NCBI RefSeq assembly: GCF_006345805.1
Contig: NC_043002.1
Location: forward strand, 76,694,001-76,758,000
From: Octopus sinensis
Lineage: Eukaryota
DNA length: 64,000 nt
Reading direction: 5' to 3'
How positions within the stretch are numbered: the stretch's first letter is position 1; each line of letters begins with the position of its first letter. Shown piece by piece: positions 52,488 through 64,000 of this stretch. The notes below the pieces were generated by a model. It searched no databases, was not told where the DNA came from, and saw only the letters and a program-made list of their open reading frames with translations. The position numbers were made by a program, and so were the translations under genes.

Positions 52488-52650
52488 GTGAGTATTACAC
52501 CATCCTTCTCCCCATGTCAATCAAATTCTATACCTCATAAATCTTCTGTAGCCAATGATTCTTTAATCTAATTTAATCTTTACTTCTTTTACATTAGCAT
52601 AAAATTCAGTATAAATTTCTCTCAAGAAAAAAGTAAAATAAGACAATCAT

Positions 52651-52811
52651 GGGTGCAGGAGTGGCTGTGTGGTAAGTAGCTTGCTTACCAACCACATGGG
52701 TTTGGGTTCAGTCCCACTTCGTGGCACCTTGGGCAAGTGTCTTCTACTATAGCCTTGGGCTGACCAAAGCCCTATGAGTAGAATTGGTAGACAGAAACTG
52801 AAAGAAGCCTG

Positions 52812-52872
<61 letters not shown>

Positions 52873-53074
52873 GTGTGTGTCCTCACCATCGCTGGAAATC
52901 AATGCTGGTGTGTTTATGTCTCCGTAACTTAGCGGTTCAGCAAAACAGACTGATAGAATAGGTACCAGGTTTACAAAGAATAAGTCCTAGGGTCAATTTG
53001 TTCGACTAAAGGCGATGCTCCAGCATAGCCACAGTCAAATGATTGAAACAAATAAAGAGTAAAATAAAAAGAGA
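52651..53074 (+). mobile_element. tRNA-derived SINE family A, near full length, with internal (GT)n(AT)n
   Basis: A-box-like TGGCTGTGTGG (52662) and B-box-like GGTTCAGTCC (52705), ccttgggcaagt core motif, A-rich tail; multiple homologous copies in the window. Confidence 0.88.
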
Positions 53075-54089
53075 AAAAAAAACCCCAAGAATATGTAGTT
53101 TATTAAAACTTTAAAAGATAGAAAGAGAATAGACGGTTTCTGGGGGCAATATGTTGTGGGGCATTGGGTCATTCAGCATTTATTTTTGATTATGCTCTTT
53201 TTTTTTTTTTTTTTTCTTATTCATAAGGTAACTTTTTTTTCCCATGCAATACTGATATTGAGTTGTGTTATTAGTTTATTATTATCATTTTCATTTACTT
53301 TCTAACCTCTACCACCAGTGATGTTGCAGACAACTTGCTGGTTAATCAGTTGGTTGTGAAATATATTCTTGTCTGAAGACCTACGGGCTTTAGTTGATTG
53401 AGATGAAAATCCAAAATGGTTGTAGCACAAGTTAACTGTTACTCATTTTTTTTTTTCATTCCTATATTGAATCTCATCAGTTTAAATGGATGTTTGTGAA
53501 ATTACTGGGGCAGGGGGTGGGGAAGAAAGTATTTTCTTTTATTCGGCTTCCTATTGTCTTTTTTCTTTCTTTCTTTCTTTTTTATAAGATATGAATTTAA
53601 GAATTGAATGATCTAGAAATATTCTGTCAGTTAAGACTTGGAATTGTGCTTGAGAGCAACAGCCCATATTCAACAGACTAGATATGCTATAGGCTGATCT
53701 TTGACTGAGGACTCTATGGTACATTGACAGTGAATCATTTGTTCCAAGATATAACAGGGAAAATGAAAACAGTTTGCATTCTGTCATAAAAATTGAAATG
53801 TTTTCTGTAATATTTCACTGTAGATAGTTCTGCAGATTTTACTGGGTAACTTAGTAGGAATGTGGAATGAACCAATGCCAAATGGGTTCAGCTTGGTCTG
53901 CTCAATACCACCACAGCCCTAACCAGGATATAGAAATTCTAACAAAACTTTGTGTTAAATGGAAAGCTGTTAATCTCCAATAAAACAATTGTCTATTGTT
54001 TTTTTGTTGTTGTTAATGTTTGTTTGACATTGCTACAATGTAATAGATAAAAAGAAAACCTAATCAGTCATCCTTTCTCCCTGTCTCAG

Positions 54090-54227
54090 GACACATCACC
54101 TGTAAATGGAGATTTATCACCCAGAGAAAAAGTTATGAAAGATGCTCATAAAAAAGATGACAGAAGTAGTCCACGAAGCGATTCATCATCACATGCAAGC
54201 ACAGCTTCATCTTCAAAACATAAAGAG
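54090..54227 (+). CDS. gro: Groucho/TLE exon, CcN/SP region (DTSPVNGDLSPREKVMKD...SSSKHKE), 138 nt, phase 0-0
   Basis: ctgtctcag acceptor, gtatgt donor; open frame; SPRE and S-rich content aligns with the TLE SP domain. Confidence 0.92.
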
Positions 54228-54698
54228 GTATGTGCATCTTAGACTATACTTTATATACTTGTCTCAATAATATTTGTAATTGTGTGTGCCTGTGTATATT
54301 TATATATACATATATAGATCTGTGTTTATAAAATGTATGTAGTATGTGTATATTTCTGTGTATTTATATAGCTGAACATTAATGTTAATTTCATTGTCAT
54401 TTAGTGTATGTATGAGGCATATAAAAATAGAATTCTATATATTTTGAAAAATCTGTACTCAATTTTCACATATAAAAAATAGTTCAGACTTATCCTGCTG
54501 CAATCATTGAAGGCAATCTAAAACATAATGTCGTTGTAAGGCATCACTTTAAGATGTCTAGACAAGATAATACTTACCAAAGTTGGTGAAATGCAGGTAA
54601 TAAGGGAAGTTTTAGTTTAAAATTTCCCTCTAATATGTATTAGAATTTATCATTCCAAAATTCCTTTAAATCCATACCCACTTATAATTCCATTACAG

Positions 54699-54810
54699 AA
54701 TGACAAATCTGGAACACCTGTATCAAAGTCAATAACCCCTACCAGTTCCGGCAGTGTCACACCCGGCCCCTCCAGTGGGCTAAAACCTATAGCAAAAGCA
54801 CCTCCTTTAA
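54699..54810 (+). CDS. gro: Groucho/TLE exon, SP domain (NDKSGTPVSKSITPT...KAPPL), 112 nt, phase 0-1
   Basis: cattacag acceptor, gtaagt donor; corresponds to TLE NxKSxTPVSKSxTPT. Confidence 0.93.
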
Positions 54811-54910
54811 GTAAGTTTTACAAGTTTTGTATTACAAACATTGATGTTGTCTTTGTGAAATCTCTGCCTCCCAGACTTGAGTATCAGCATGATGACCTTT
54901 TTATGTGTAG

Positions 54911-55050
54911 AATTTCCATATGTTTCAGGCGCGTACCCATTCATGCCACATGCTAGTCACGCAATTTCAGCTGAACTCAGTCCTGGAGCTTACAGTAATA
55001 ACATGCTTCATAATAGTATATCATCCAATAGTTATTCCAGAGGACCAATG
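54911..55050 (+). CDS. gro: Groucho/TLE exon, SP domain (KFPYVSGAYPFMPHASH...YSRGPM), phase 1-0; the 5' boundary could instead be 54875 or 54929
   Basis: gtaagt donor at 55051; ELSPGAY and YSRGPM correspond to TLE LTSPGAY and YGRSPM. Three in-frame acceptors make the start ambiguous. Confidence 0.85.
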
Positions 55051-55109
55051 GTAAGTCTTTTGTTTACACCTTCTTTGAATGAAAAATCTCCAAATAATGA
55101 TTCTATCAG

Positions 55110-55290
55110 CATTTAACATCTGTTTTCCATGCTGGCATGGGTTGGGTGGTTTGACAAGTGCTGGCAAGCTAGGGAGCAGCATCATGTTCTATTGTCTGCT
55201 TTGACTTGGTTTCTATTGTTAGGTGCCCTTCCTAACGCCAACCACTTCACAAAGTGTACTGAGTGCTTTTTTACATGGCAGATCACCAAG
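55110..55290 (-). mobile_element. RTE-like tail fragment, antisense, 60 nt downstream of an exon
   Basis: atttaacatctgttttccatgctggcatgggttggg ... gtgcccttcctaacgccaaccac. Confidence 0.75.
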
Positions 55291-57401
55291 GAACTTGCAA
55301 GATGAAAACCATTGACTGGGAGTGGAAGTAGTATTTAGGGAGGTGGCTTTGTGCTAGTTGAGAGGTTAGAGTATAATAGAGGGATGCAAATAGGTGTCTT
55401 GCTATAAAGGAAATACTTGGCTGCCCCTGTTGAAAAAGAAAGATATAAAGTTAGAGAGGAAGATAGGCTGGCACAGAGAGAAGGAAAAATGATGGTGATG
55501 TTGAGTGAATAATAATATTCCAATCTACCTAATGATTATTAACTACCTTTTTCACATAATTGCATATCACAGCAGCATGAAACAGCCATCCACCTTACAT
55601 TTTTTCTCAGTTTTGCATTGAGATCTCCTCAAAAATATTTCATTTAAATATTTTGTTTCTAGTGATGGATAAATGTTTGTAGGCTATTAAGTTACATTTA
55701 AGCTGATATCTGTCCTCTGCAATTTAAAGAACGGAGCCAGCAAACATCACTTGATTTCAATATTTACATGGCCAGTATTTTAAAACAATTACAAATTTGA
55801 AGTACTTGGCACTTTGATCTGTCTAACAATTATTATTATGTTTGAGTTGACCAACATAGATTAGGTGCCTCACAGTATGAGGTTGTAATTTCTAACTTCA
55901 AATCTTTCATCCCAGAACTGTAAAACAAAAACTAGATGGAGTTATTAATTCAGACAGTTATTCTTTCTCAGTGAATTGTAGCAATGTAATAAGTTTATTT
56001 TTACTGCTTTGTGTTTTGTGAACTGGCATGTTATAAAGTATTGAGGTTTGTCATTCTCTATTGTGATGTGTATATGAGGTGGGGTGGGGGGTGGATTCAC
56101 ATTTCCTCTGTGTCAATTTGATAGTGCTGCCAATGTTTATATGTACAAAGTGCCTAACAATGTCATATCAGTTGGTGTGTTTGTGTGTGCATGGACCTCA
56201 TTCATAGGCTAGTTAAGGCATCTATATGGTCTATCGTCTCTTCATAATCACTACATATTCAACACTTGCTATTTCTGTTTTTGCTTTGGCCAAAATAACA
56301 ATATTCTAATGGATGTTAATGGCCTTTGATCTACGGTATAATTGAATTTGGCAATATCCAATCTCTCTGTTGCCACATCCTGTCATGTGGGTTGTAATTC
56401 AATATTGCTTGTTGTACCTACCAGGACTTCCAACTGTATAATAATCACTTTTCTCATCCAACTTCCTTTTCCACCTTCTCTTCTCGCTAATTTAGTTAAG
56501 TTTCACCATATCTTTATTCTGACGATTAGGCAAGAATCCAATCAATGTAGTTTTCAGCTCAATGATTTGCAACATCCGATCAATAGTGATGAGGGCATTT
56601 CTCTTTTCTTCTTTTCTTTTCTCTTTTAAATAACAGCATTGCCCTTAAACATTATTCAAATCCTTAATTTGGGATTTGTTGAATCCTTTTCTTTTCTCTG
56701 TGTGGATACCAGTGGATATGGTGCCAATTAATTGTCTAAACATCTTAACTTGTACGATCTGTAAATGTGCTATAGTTTCACATATAAAACTCTAATAAAA
56801 ACAATGAGTTTCAGACAGGAACTCTTTAGATCTGTGACCCCTCCACACATACACACACACACACGGGCTGTCGAAAGTATTTTATCATGACTTGGTTGAT
56901 TGATATTTATACTTGTGCATACCTGTGTAAAAATCCACAGGTGATAAAATATTCTTGTATAACTATGTTGAAAAGGGTTATATAAATAAAATATGCTCCT
57001 TTTTATCAATTAATAAATAATAAAACAACATATAGATACACATATACACCCTTTATGTATAGACAGTTAAACAGCTTTACATTTCTTATCCAATATTCAT
57101 CCAACTAAACTACCTGTTGATGTTTCCATAAAATACATATTGAAGGTATTATAACTCAGCCAATAAAACAAACCATAAGTTTTTCCGTATTCAGATATAA
57201 TGAATCTCCAAAGCAGGAATATAGACAGAGATGAAGACATGTCTGCTAATTATGTGAAATATACAAGTAGATTATATTGCTTTTTGAATTTAATGTAAAT
57301 TCTTCTTTTCTATCCACATATAGTTTATCATTGAACAAGATTTCATCTAATATTATGGTCTAAAAATCTATTAATCTGTATTATACAAAATCATGGGTAA
57401 A

Positions 57402-57720
57402 AAGGGTAAAGGCCCTTTCTCTCATGAATGACCATCAGATTGCACCTAGAAAGTTCCTCTCTGAGACACAAGTCCAGGCAAGGTTGTTTATGGGATGACC
57501 AGTTACCCATGCATACCAGCCTCCCCTCTCCACACCACTGATGTTATCCAAGGGAAAGGCAAAGGTCAATATATTTTTGCACCAGTGACGTTGCAATTCA
57601 TTTCTACAGTTGAGTGAACTGGAGCAACATGAAATAAATTGTCTTGCTCAAGAACACAACACACAGCTCAGTCTGTGAATCGAACTCACTACCTTGTGAT
57701 TGTGAGCCATGTGCCTTTGC
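57402..57720 (-). mobile_element. tRNA-derived SINE family C, antisense
   Basis: gtcttgctcaagaacacaac...gaatcgaactcactacc...gagccatgtgcc (B-box GTTCGATTC on the minus strand) plus a long tail beginning aaagggtaaaggcc. Confidence 0.8.
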
Positions 57721-57859
57721 TACAAAATCATGACTGAAATTATTATTGCTTTCCCTTCTGTCTGTCTGTCTCCCTGTTTTAGAAATTCATTTGAATTTTC
57801 TCCTTACTCCAATCAAAACTTCCATTTAATTATTGCTTTTATATATTTTATGTTTTCAG

Positions 57860-57924
57860 GGGGGATTTGATCCACACGGCCACATGAGAATGCCATCTTT
57901 TAGTGGATTTCAAAGTGGGAAACC
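57860..57924 (+). CDS. gro: Groucho/TLE exon (GGFDPHGHMRMPSFSGFQSGKP), 65 nt, phase 0-2
   Basis: ttttcag acceptor, gtaagt donor; GFDPHxHMR and GKP motifs. Confidence 0.95.
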
Positions 57925-58031
57925 GTAAGTACACAAAATTCTCATATTTTCTCTCCACCCTACCTTTGTGAGTTAAAAATGTTGGTATTGAGAAGAATCT
58001 ATACAGGAAGTGTAAACTGAGTTCATTGAAC

Positions 58032-58032
<1 letters not shown>

Positions 58033-58087
<55 letters not shown>

Positions 58088-58187
58088 ATATATATATATA
58101 TAATATATATATATATATGCATACATACATACATACACACACACACACATACATACATACATACATACATACATACATACATACATA
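58033..58187. repeat. Compound (TA)n/(GT)n/(CATA)n microsatellite in a 428-nt intron
   Basis: Direct reading. Confidence 0.95.
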
Positions 58188-58251
58188 CTGTAGTCTTCAA
58201 TAATACAGTCTAAATGACAAATGTACTGGAATTCAATTTGAACAACTTTAA

Positions 58252-58542
<291 letters not shown>

Positions 58543-59536
58543 TAAAAATTATTAAGTTATCAGTGTATTCTAGCTTCTTTGCTGCTGTTGTTGTTGTTGT
58601 TGTTATGTTACGTTACACAAACATTTATCTTGAACGAGAATTTCTTTCATATTGAGGAAAGTCTTTCTTCATGTTATCGATTATACCTCTGCTCTTACGC
58701 CATGCTTGTATGAGTTGACTGAGTATCAAAATTATCACCTAGTCTTGTAGTCCTTTGTTACTTGGGACCTACAACAGAGAAAATCAACAGTTTCTGTACT
58801 AAACATATAAGTTATTTTGGCTTTATGTGGTAACGTGTTTTGAGTGTAATCAAAGTACAGGAGAAAATGGGCAAACTCACTCATGAAAAGTCGTTTATCT
58901 TTCTGTTCTTGATTGGTGTGTGTGTGTAACTAGATTAAGAGTTTCAGATAATCAGTTGCTACAAATGTTTATATAGCAACAAAATTTTGCCAACAGTTTT
59001 CCAATTCACCATCACTAATAGAGGATCTTATATTTTAATTACTATTATATCTTATATCAGAAGTCAAATTTGATTGAATTTCTTAAATTGTAGCATGTTT
59101 GTCTTTGGGAATATTCTACAATAACTCTTGTAAAGAACATTTTTAATGAGTAAATCATTCCAACACTTTAATAAACTTTGCTAATATCAGCACTGAAAGT
59201 CAATAAGGAAACTGTTACATGGTCACCCAACCCACTAGAAATAGGAGTCAAATCTTCAATTGTATCCTAATGTCTTAAAAATAAGGACACATTGAATAAT
59301 ATAGTCCCAGATACTCTGAATAAAATATGGGGACATTTGTGGCTGGAATATTTTTGATCATGAGTCTGTTTGTGAAGAGTTGACCTGGAGCTTAACGACA
59401 CACCAGCACTCTTATATTGCCTTATCACAATCCTTAGATGTTTTGTAAAATATGTGCCCCAGCAGCATTTAGATCCATGATTTACTCTTCTATATTCATT
59501 TACATCTCAACTATAACAATCTCTGAAGGATGTGCG

Positions 59537-59760
59537 TTAACCATTTAGCATTCAGAGTTTTCTGTCCAGTGTAGTACGTCTTAATTTACATTGTTTTAAA
59601 TTAATCACACATTATCTTGTAGCTTCGAGATCTTGATGGTATAATTGTTGTTTCTTGAATGACATTGTAGGGTAGGTGTGAGAAGCCAGTTCTGGCTGGT
59701 TTGAACATAAAACAAGAATATTTGGGTTGGATATGGCTGGTTTAAATGCTAAAGGGTTAA
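59537..59760 (-). mobile_element. piggyBac-type MITE family D (about 225 bp; TTAA-CCCTTTAGCATT TIR)
   Basis: ttaaccatttagcatt ... aatgctaaagggttaa; the interior is homologous to three other copies in the window. Confidence 0.85.
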
Positions 59761-60161
59761 AGTGAATTCAAATTTGTGTGAAAGAGCCCCCTTATTAGCT
59801 TCAGAAAATCTTACATGCATTGTAAAACACTAACATTGAGATAATAAATGTTTTCAGTGAACCTCTCAGATAACTTTATAGTTTTATGTTTAAAAATATT
59901 GGTTATTTTCTCATGATGTTTCGTGCACCTTAATTTGTTCCAAGCATACATTTTGTGCTTTATCAAATTGTTTCTAATTAGCGACACGTTTTTTTTTTTA
60001 TTTCCTACTCTAATTTGTTGACCTGAATTATTTTTAACCATCTGCACTATTTCCAAATTTTGACAACTTATGTAAGTTGTGATAAATCATGTGTGCTCAG
60101 CTACAGGATTTCCATTTTCAGCTTGTATTACTCTAAGATGAAGTTTCTATGTTGAAGATAG

Positions 60162-60269
<108 letters not shown>

Positions 60270-60511
60270 TGATGCTATATATTCTCAAAAAGATAACAGT
60301 TGTATTACTCAAGTTTATTAAGTCACTGTGTTTGAAGTTTAATATGTAAACAGAGTTGTGAGGATAAATAAACTACTATTCATGTATTTTAGTTAATTAA
60401 TTCCATGTATTTTAGTTAATTAATTAATTTCCATGCTTGCATGGAATTTATTTTAATTTTGTGTTTATTTTATTCATCTATATATTGTTTTTGTTATTCA
60501 TCTCATTATAG

Positions 60512-60631
<120 letters not shown>

Positions 60632-61745
60632 TAAACTTTTTACTTTTGTTTTAAAGATACTTGAATGGTTTTCTTTGCTAACCCCTAGATGGGTTTACAA
60701 ATTCAAATGTATTGCACGAATTGTTGAATAATGTCCGCCATCTTTACTTAAGCAGTTTGATTCAAATATGCAGTTCTCCATTTTAAAGATAGAACCCGTT
60801 GAATGAAATTTGGTTGCCATAGAAGTTACTCAAATTAGCATATATGGTTTTATTGGAGTAGGTGTTGTAAGAGTTATTCTTCACATTTATTAATGCTATC
60901 TTTTTAACTCCAATCTGAAATGGATACTGATCTTCAGTTGGAAACACTGAGACAGAATAACATTTATTTTGCCTAAGAACAATCCAGTGTGATTAGAACT
61001 TAATGCCTTAAATATATCAGTGATTTCATAAGATTTTCATGTACTTTATTATGACAATGTATAAATAACATTGTATTACAATCATTACTGTTTATAAGTT
61101 ATTTGGACATGTAATGAAAGAACTATTAAAATTTCTGTGTCCTTAATTCCAGTAATTCTGTTTTATCACATGATCATTCTTTTAAAACTTGAGGGGAAAG
61201 ATGATATATTGAATAAAGTAATCCTAGATACATTTGTACCTCAAAACAAAATGATGGGCTTTGGAAAGTCTTTAATCATAGGTCTGCTCAGTCAGAGCCC
61301 GAGCTGTAACTTTAGTCATATCGCTTCCTGATATGGGTATGATGACTATGTGCCTAAGACTTTGCTGTTTTAATATGATTATCAATTATTGATTTCCTGT
61401 AACAAATGGGTTTCATTGATTTCTTAGGAAGCATGGGTGACCTGCTGCACTTGGTGTGTGTGTGTGGGGGGGATGCATATACCCCTCAATAACTTTCGTC
61501 TGGATATGCATTATGTCACGATTATATAATCCTAGCATTTTACTATGATTTACTTAATGTAATAAATGATGTACTTTGTATATGTTTGGTAAATTATTTT
61601 AGTTTAGTGGCTCAAAAGTCTGCTATTAGAAAGGTTGCTCTGCCTTGTCTGTATTAACATCACATCTTCATTATGTTTTCTATCTTCATATTATTATTAT
61701 TGTAAAGGTTGATTATTTTTTCTTTTATGCTTTTTTTTAATCTAG

Positions 61746-61892
<147 letters not shown>

Positions 61893-62220
61893 TGAGTCTT
61901 CTCTCTGTCTCTCTCTCTCTCTCAATTTGTTAAAATTTTATCAACATTAAATTTTGCTGATTAGGGAGACAAATTTCATTAGCTCATTTTATTTAAGATT
62001 TATTATGCACTCCATATCATCAAAAACAGATATAAAAATGATACAGAATTGCATTTTTATGTTTGCTTTTCCTTGATGGTATGGGTTGGCCAGGATTTTT
62101 TGAGGCAGTGTTTTGTAGCCAGGTGCCCTTTCTAATGCCGTAATTCATGAAATAAAATATGCTAGTCAAAATGATAAACCCTCTCGTGTGTCCAAACCAT
62201 TTTTAAAAAAATAGCTTTTA

Positions 62221-62537
62221 TTAACCCCTTACCCGACAGAAACGAATATATTCGTTTTGACCGAAATCGTTTTTTTCTATCTCTGGCGAGTTAACTCGTC
62301 AAAAGATAGACTCGCCAAAATCGACAGCAAACGATTTCCTTCGTCTAAAAACGAGTTAACTCGTTTCTGCCCAAAGCGGTAATTTAAAATCAATATTATT
62401 GAATTAAAATTCATAATAAATAAGGTTTGAAATATACCTCGAAATCACCATTCAAAACATAGTAAAATAAAACAATCAAAAAAATATGTCTGAAAAAATA
62501 CATTTATTTTCAAAATAATTGTTGGGTAAGGGGTTAA
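62221..62537. mobile_element. Young piggyBac-type (TTAA) MITE, 317 bp including both TTAA
   Basis: TTAACCCCTTACCCGACA at the left end and TGTTGGGTAAGGGGTTAA at the right end (17/18 inverted match); CpG-rich interior; no ORF. Confidence 0.85.
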
Positions 62538-62604
62538 ACGTTGGTGTGAATAGAGTGAGCTGAATTATTTATAGAATTTTTTCTGTTGGGAATTTACAAA
62601 ATAA

Positions 62605-63192
<588 letters not shown>

Positions 63193-63649
63193 CAAAATGG
63201 GACAAGAACACAAAACCAGATAGACGATACAAAGAAAACAAGGATGGATCATTCGAAGTTTTCTTTCCTGAGTCAAGCACCAGATTATCGTCGCAATTTC
63301 GACTGATTATACTGAGATTGCTCCAATCTGGCCAGCCTCAAGGAAAAACTAAGCCAAGAGCATTAGATTCCTTGGAAGAAAGCAGCAAATGTATGCAAAA
63401 ACAAGGACGGAAAAAATGGACATTACACAAATAGAATAAAAATAACAGCATACACACAATACACACACACATACATTGGCTGAAAGTTTTTTTTTTATGG
63501 ATTGAACACTTTTTTTGAATTGTTAGCTCTAGTATTTTACATCTACTTCTCCAAACAGGTATTGGTTGGACAGGTTTTATGCCAATTATAAGATAACCTC
63601 ATGAGTGCTAGTACTATAAAATGAACATCCAGTATATTCTTTAAAGTGG

Positions 63650-63780
63650 TAGATGTTAGGAAAGCTATCCAGTGCCAAAACTGAAAGATTAGAGCATGAT
63701 ACAGTCATCTAACACATCAGATTTTATCAAACTGTCTAAGCCATGCCAGCATGAAAGGTGGGCATGGAATGATAATGACA
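63650..63780 (+). mobile_element. RTE-like tail fragment (degraded)
   Basis: gttaggaaagctatccag ... aactgtctaagccatgccagcatgaaaggtgggcat...gataatgac. Confidence 0.62.
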
Positions 63781-64000
63781 ATTCCAACTGTTAAATTAAG
63801 TTGGATTCAACTGACACAGTTTTCTGATGTTTTATTGAAATTATTGGTCATTCAAAAATGGATTTAGTTTTGTTAATTCGATCTTTGAGGTGGGCTTTGT
63901 TAACTGAGGCACTTTATATTTAGAGCAGCTGTGAATTTTGTTTAAAATGTAGGTTTTACTTGCTAACCCTTCAACTGTGGACAGAACTGCATCTGTTGCT

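Noticed and set aside
52651-52720. tRNA-like sequences with A and B boxes (also 39710, 23700-23770)
   Set aside because: They are SINE heads continuing into shared core and tail modules; no complete cloverleaf is evident.
53370-53410. CTGAAGA/CTGATGA motifs checked as hammerhead ribozyme cores (also 29850, 38717)
   Set aside because: No correctly placed stem II and GAAA element.

Overview
AT-rich, microsatellite-rich animal genomic DNA, very probably an octopus (inferred from the repeat families and intron sizes, from memory). The window lies inside one large + strand gene, groucho/TLE (transcriptional co-repressor). I traced 16 coding exons by hand from 12595 to 62760, all with GT-AG introns. 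Joined, they give 1593 nt (531 codons) of open frame: Q domain, GP, CcN, SP and the first WD40 repeats. The start and end of the gene lie outside the window. The frame only closes cleanly if an 11-nt micro-exon at 36299-36309 is included. The introns hold several tRNA-derived SINE families, RTE-like LINE tails and an RT remnant, a decayed DD37D Tc1/mariner, a hAT-type MITE and two TTAA/piggyBac-type MITE families. Best leads: the micro-exon and other candidate alternative splice sites, an 86-bp intronic inverted repeat whose only mismatches are G-U pairs in the sense RNA, and a young CpG-rich MITE with three internal palindromes. I see no second protein-coding gene, no RNA gene and no clearly novel multi-gene system. 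Repeat boundaries are approximate unless TIRs or TSDs are quoted.
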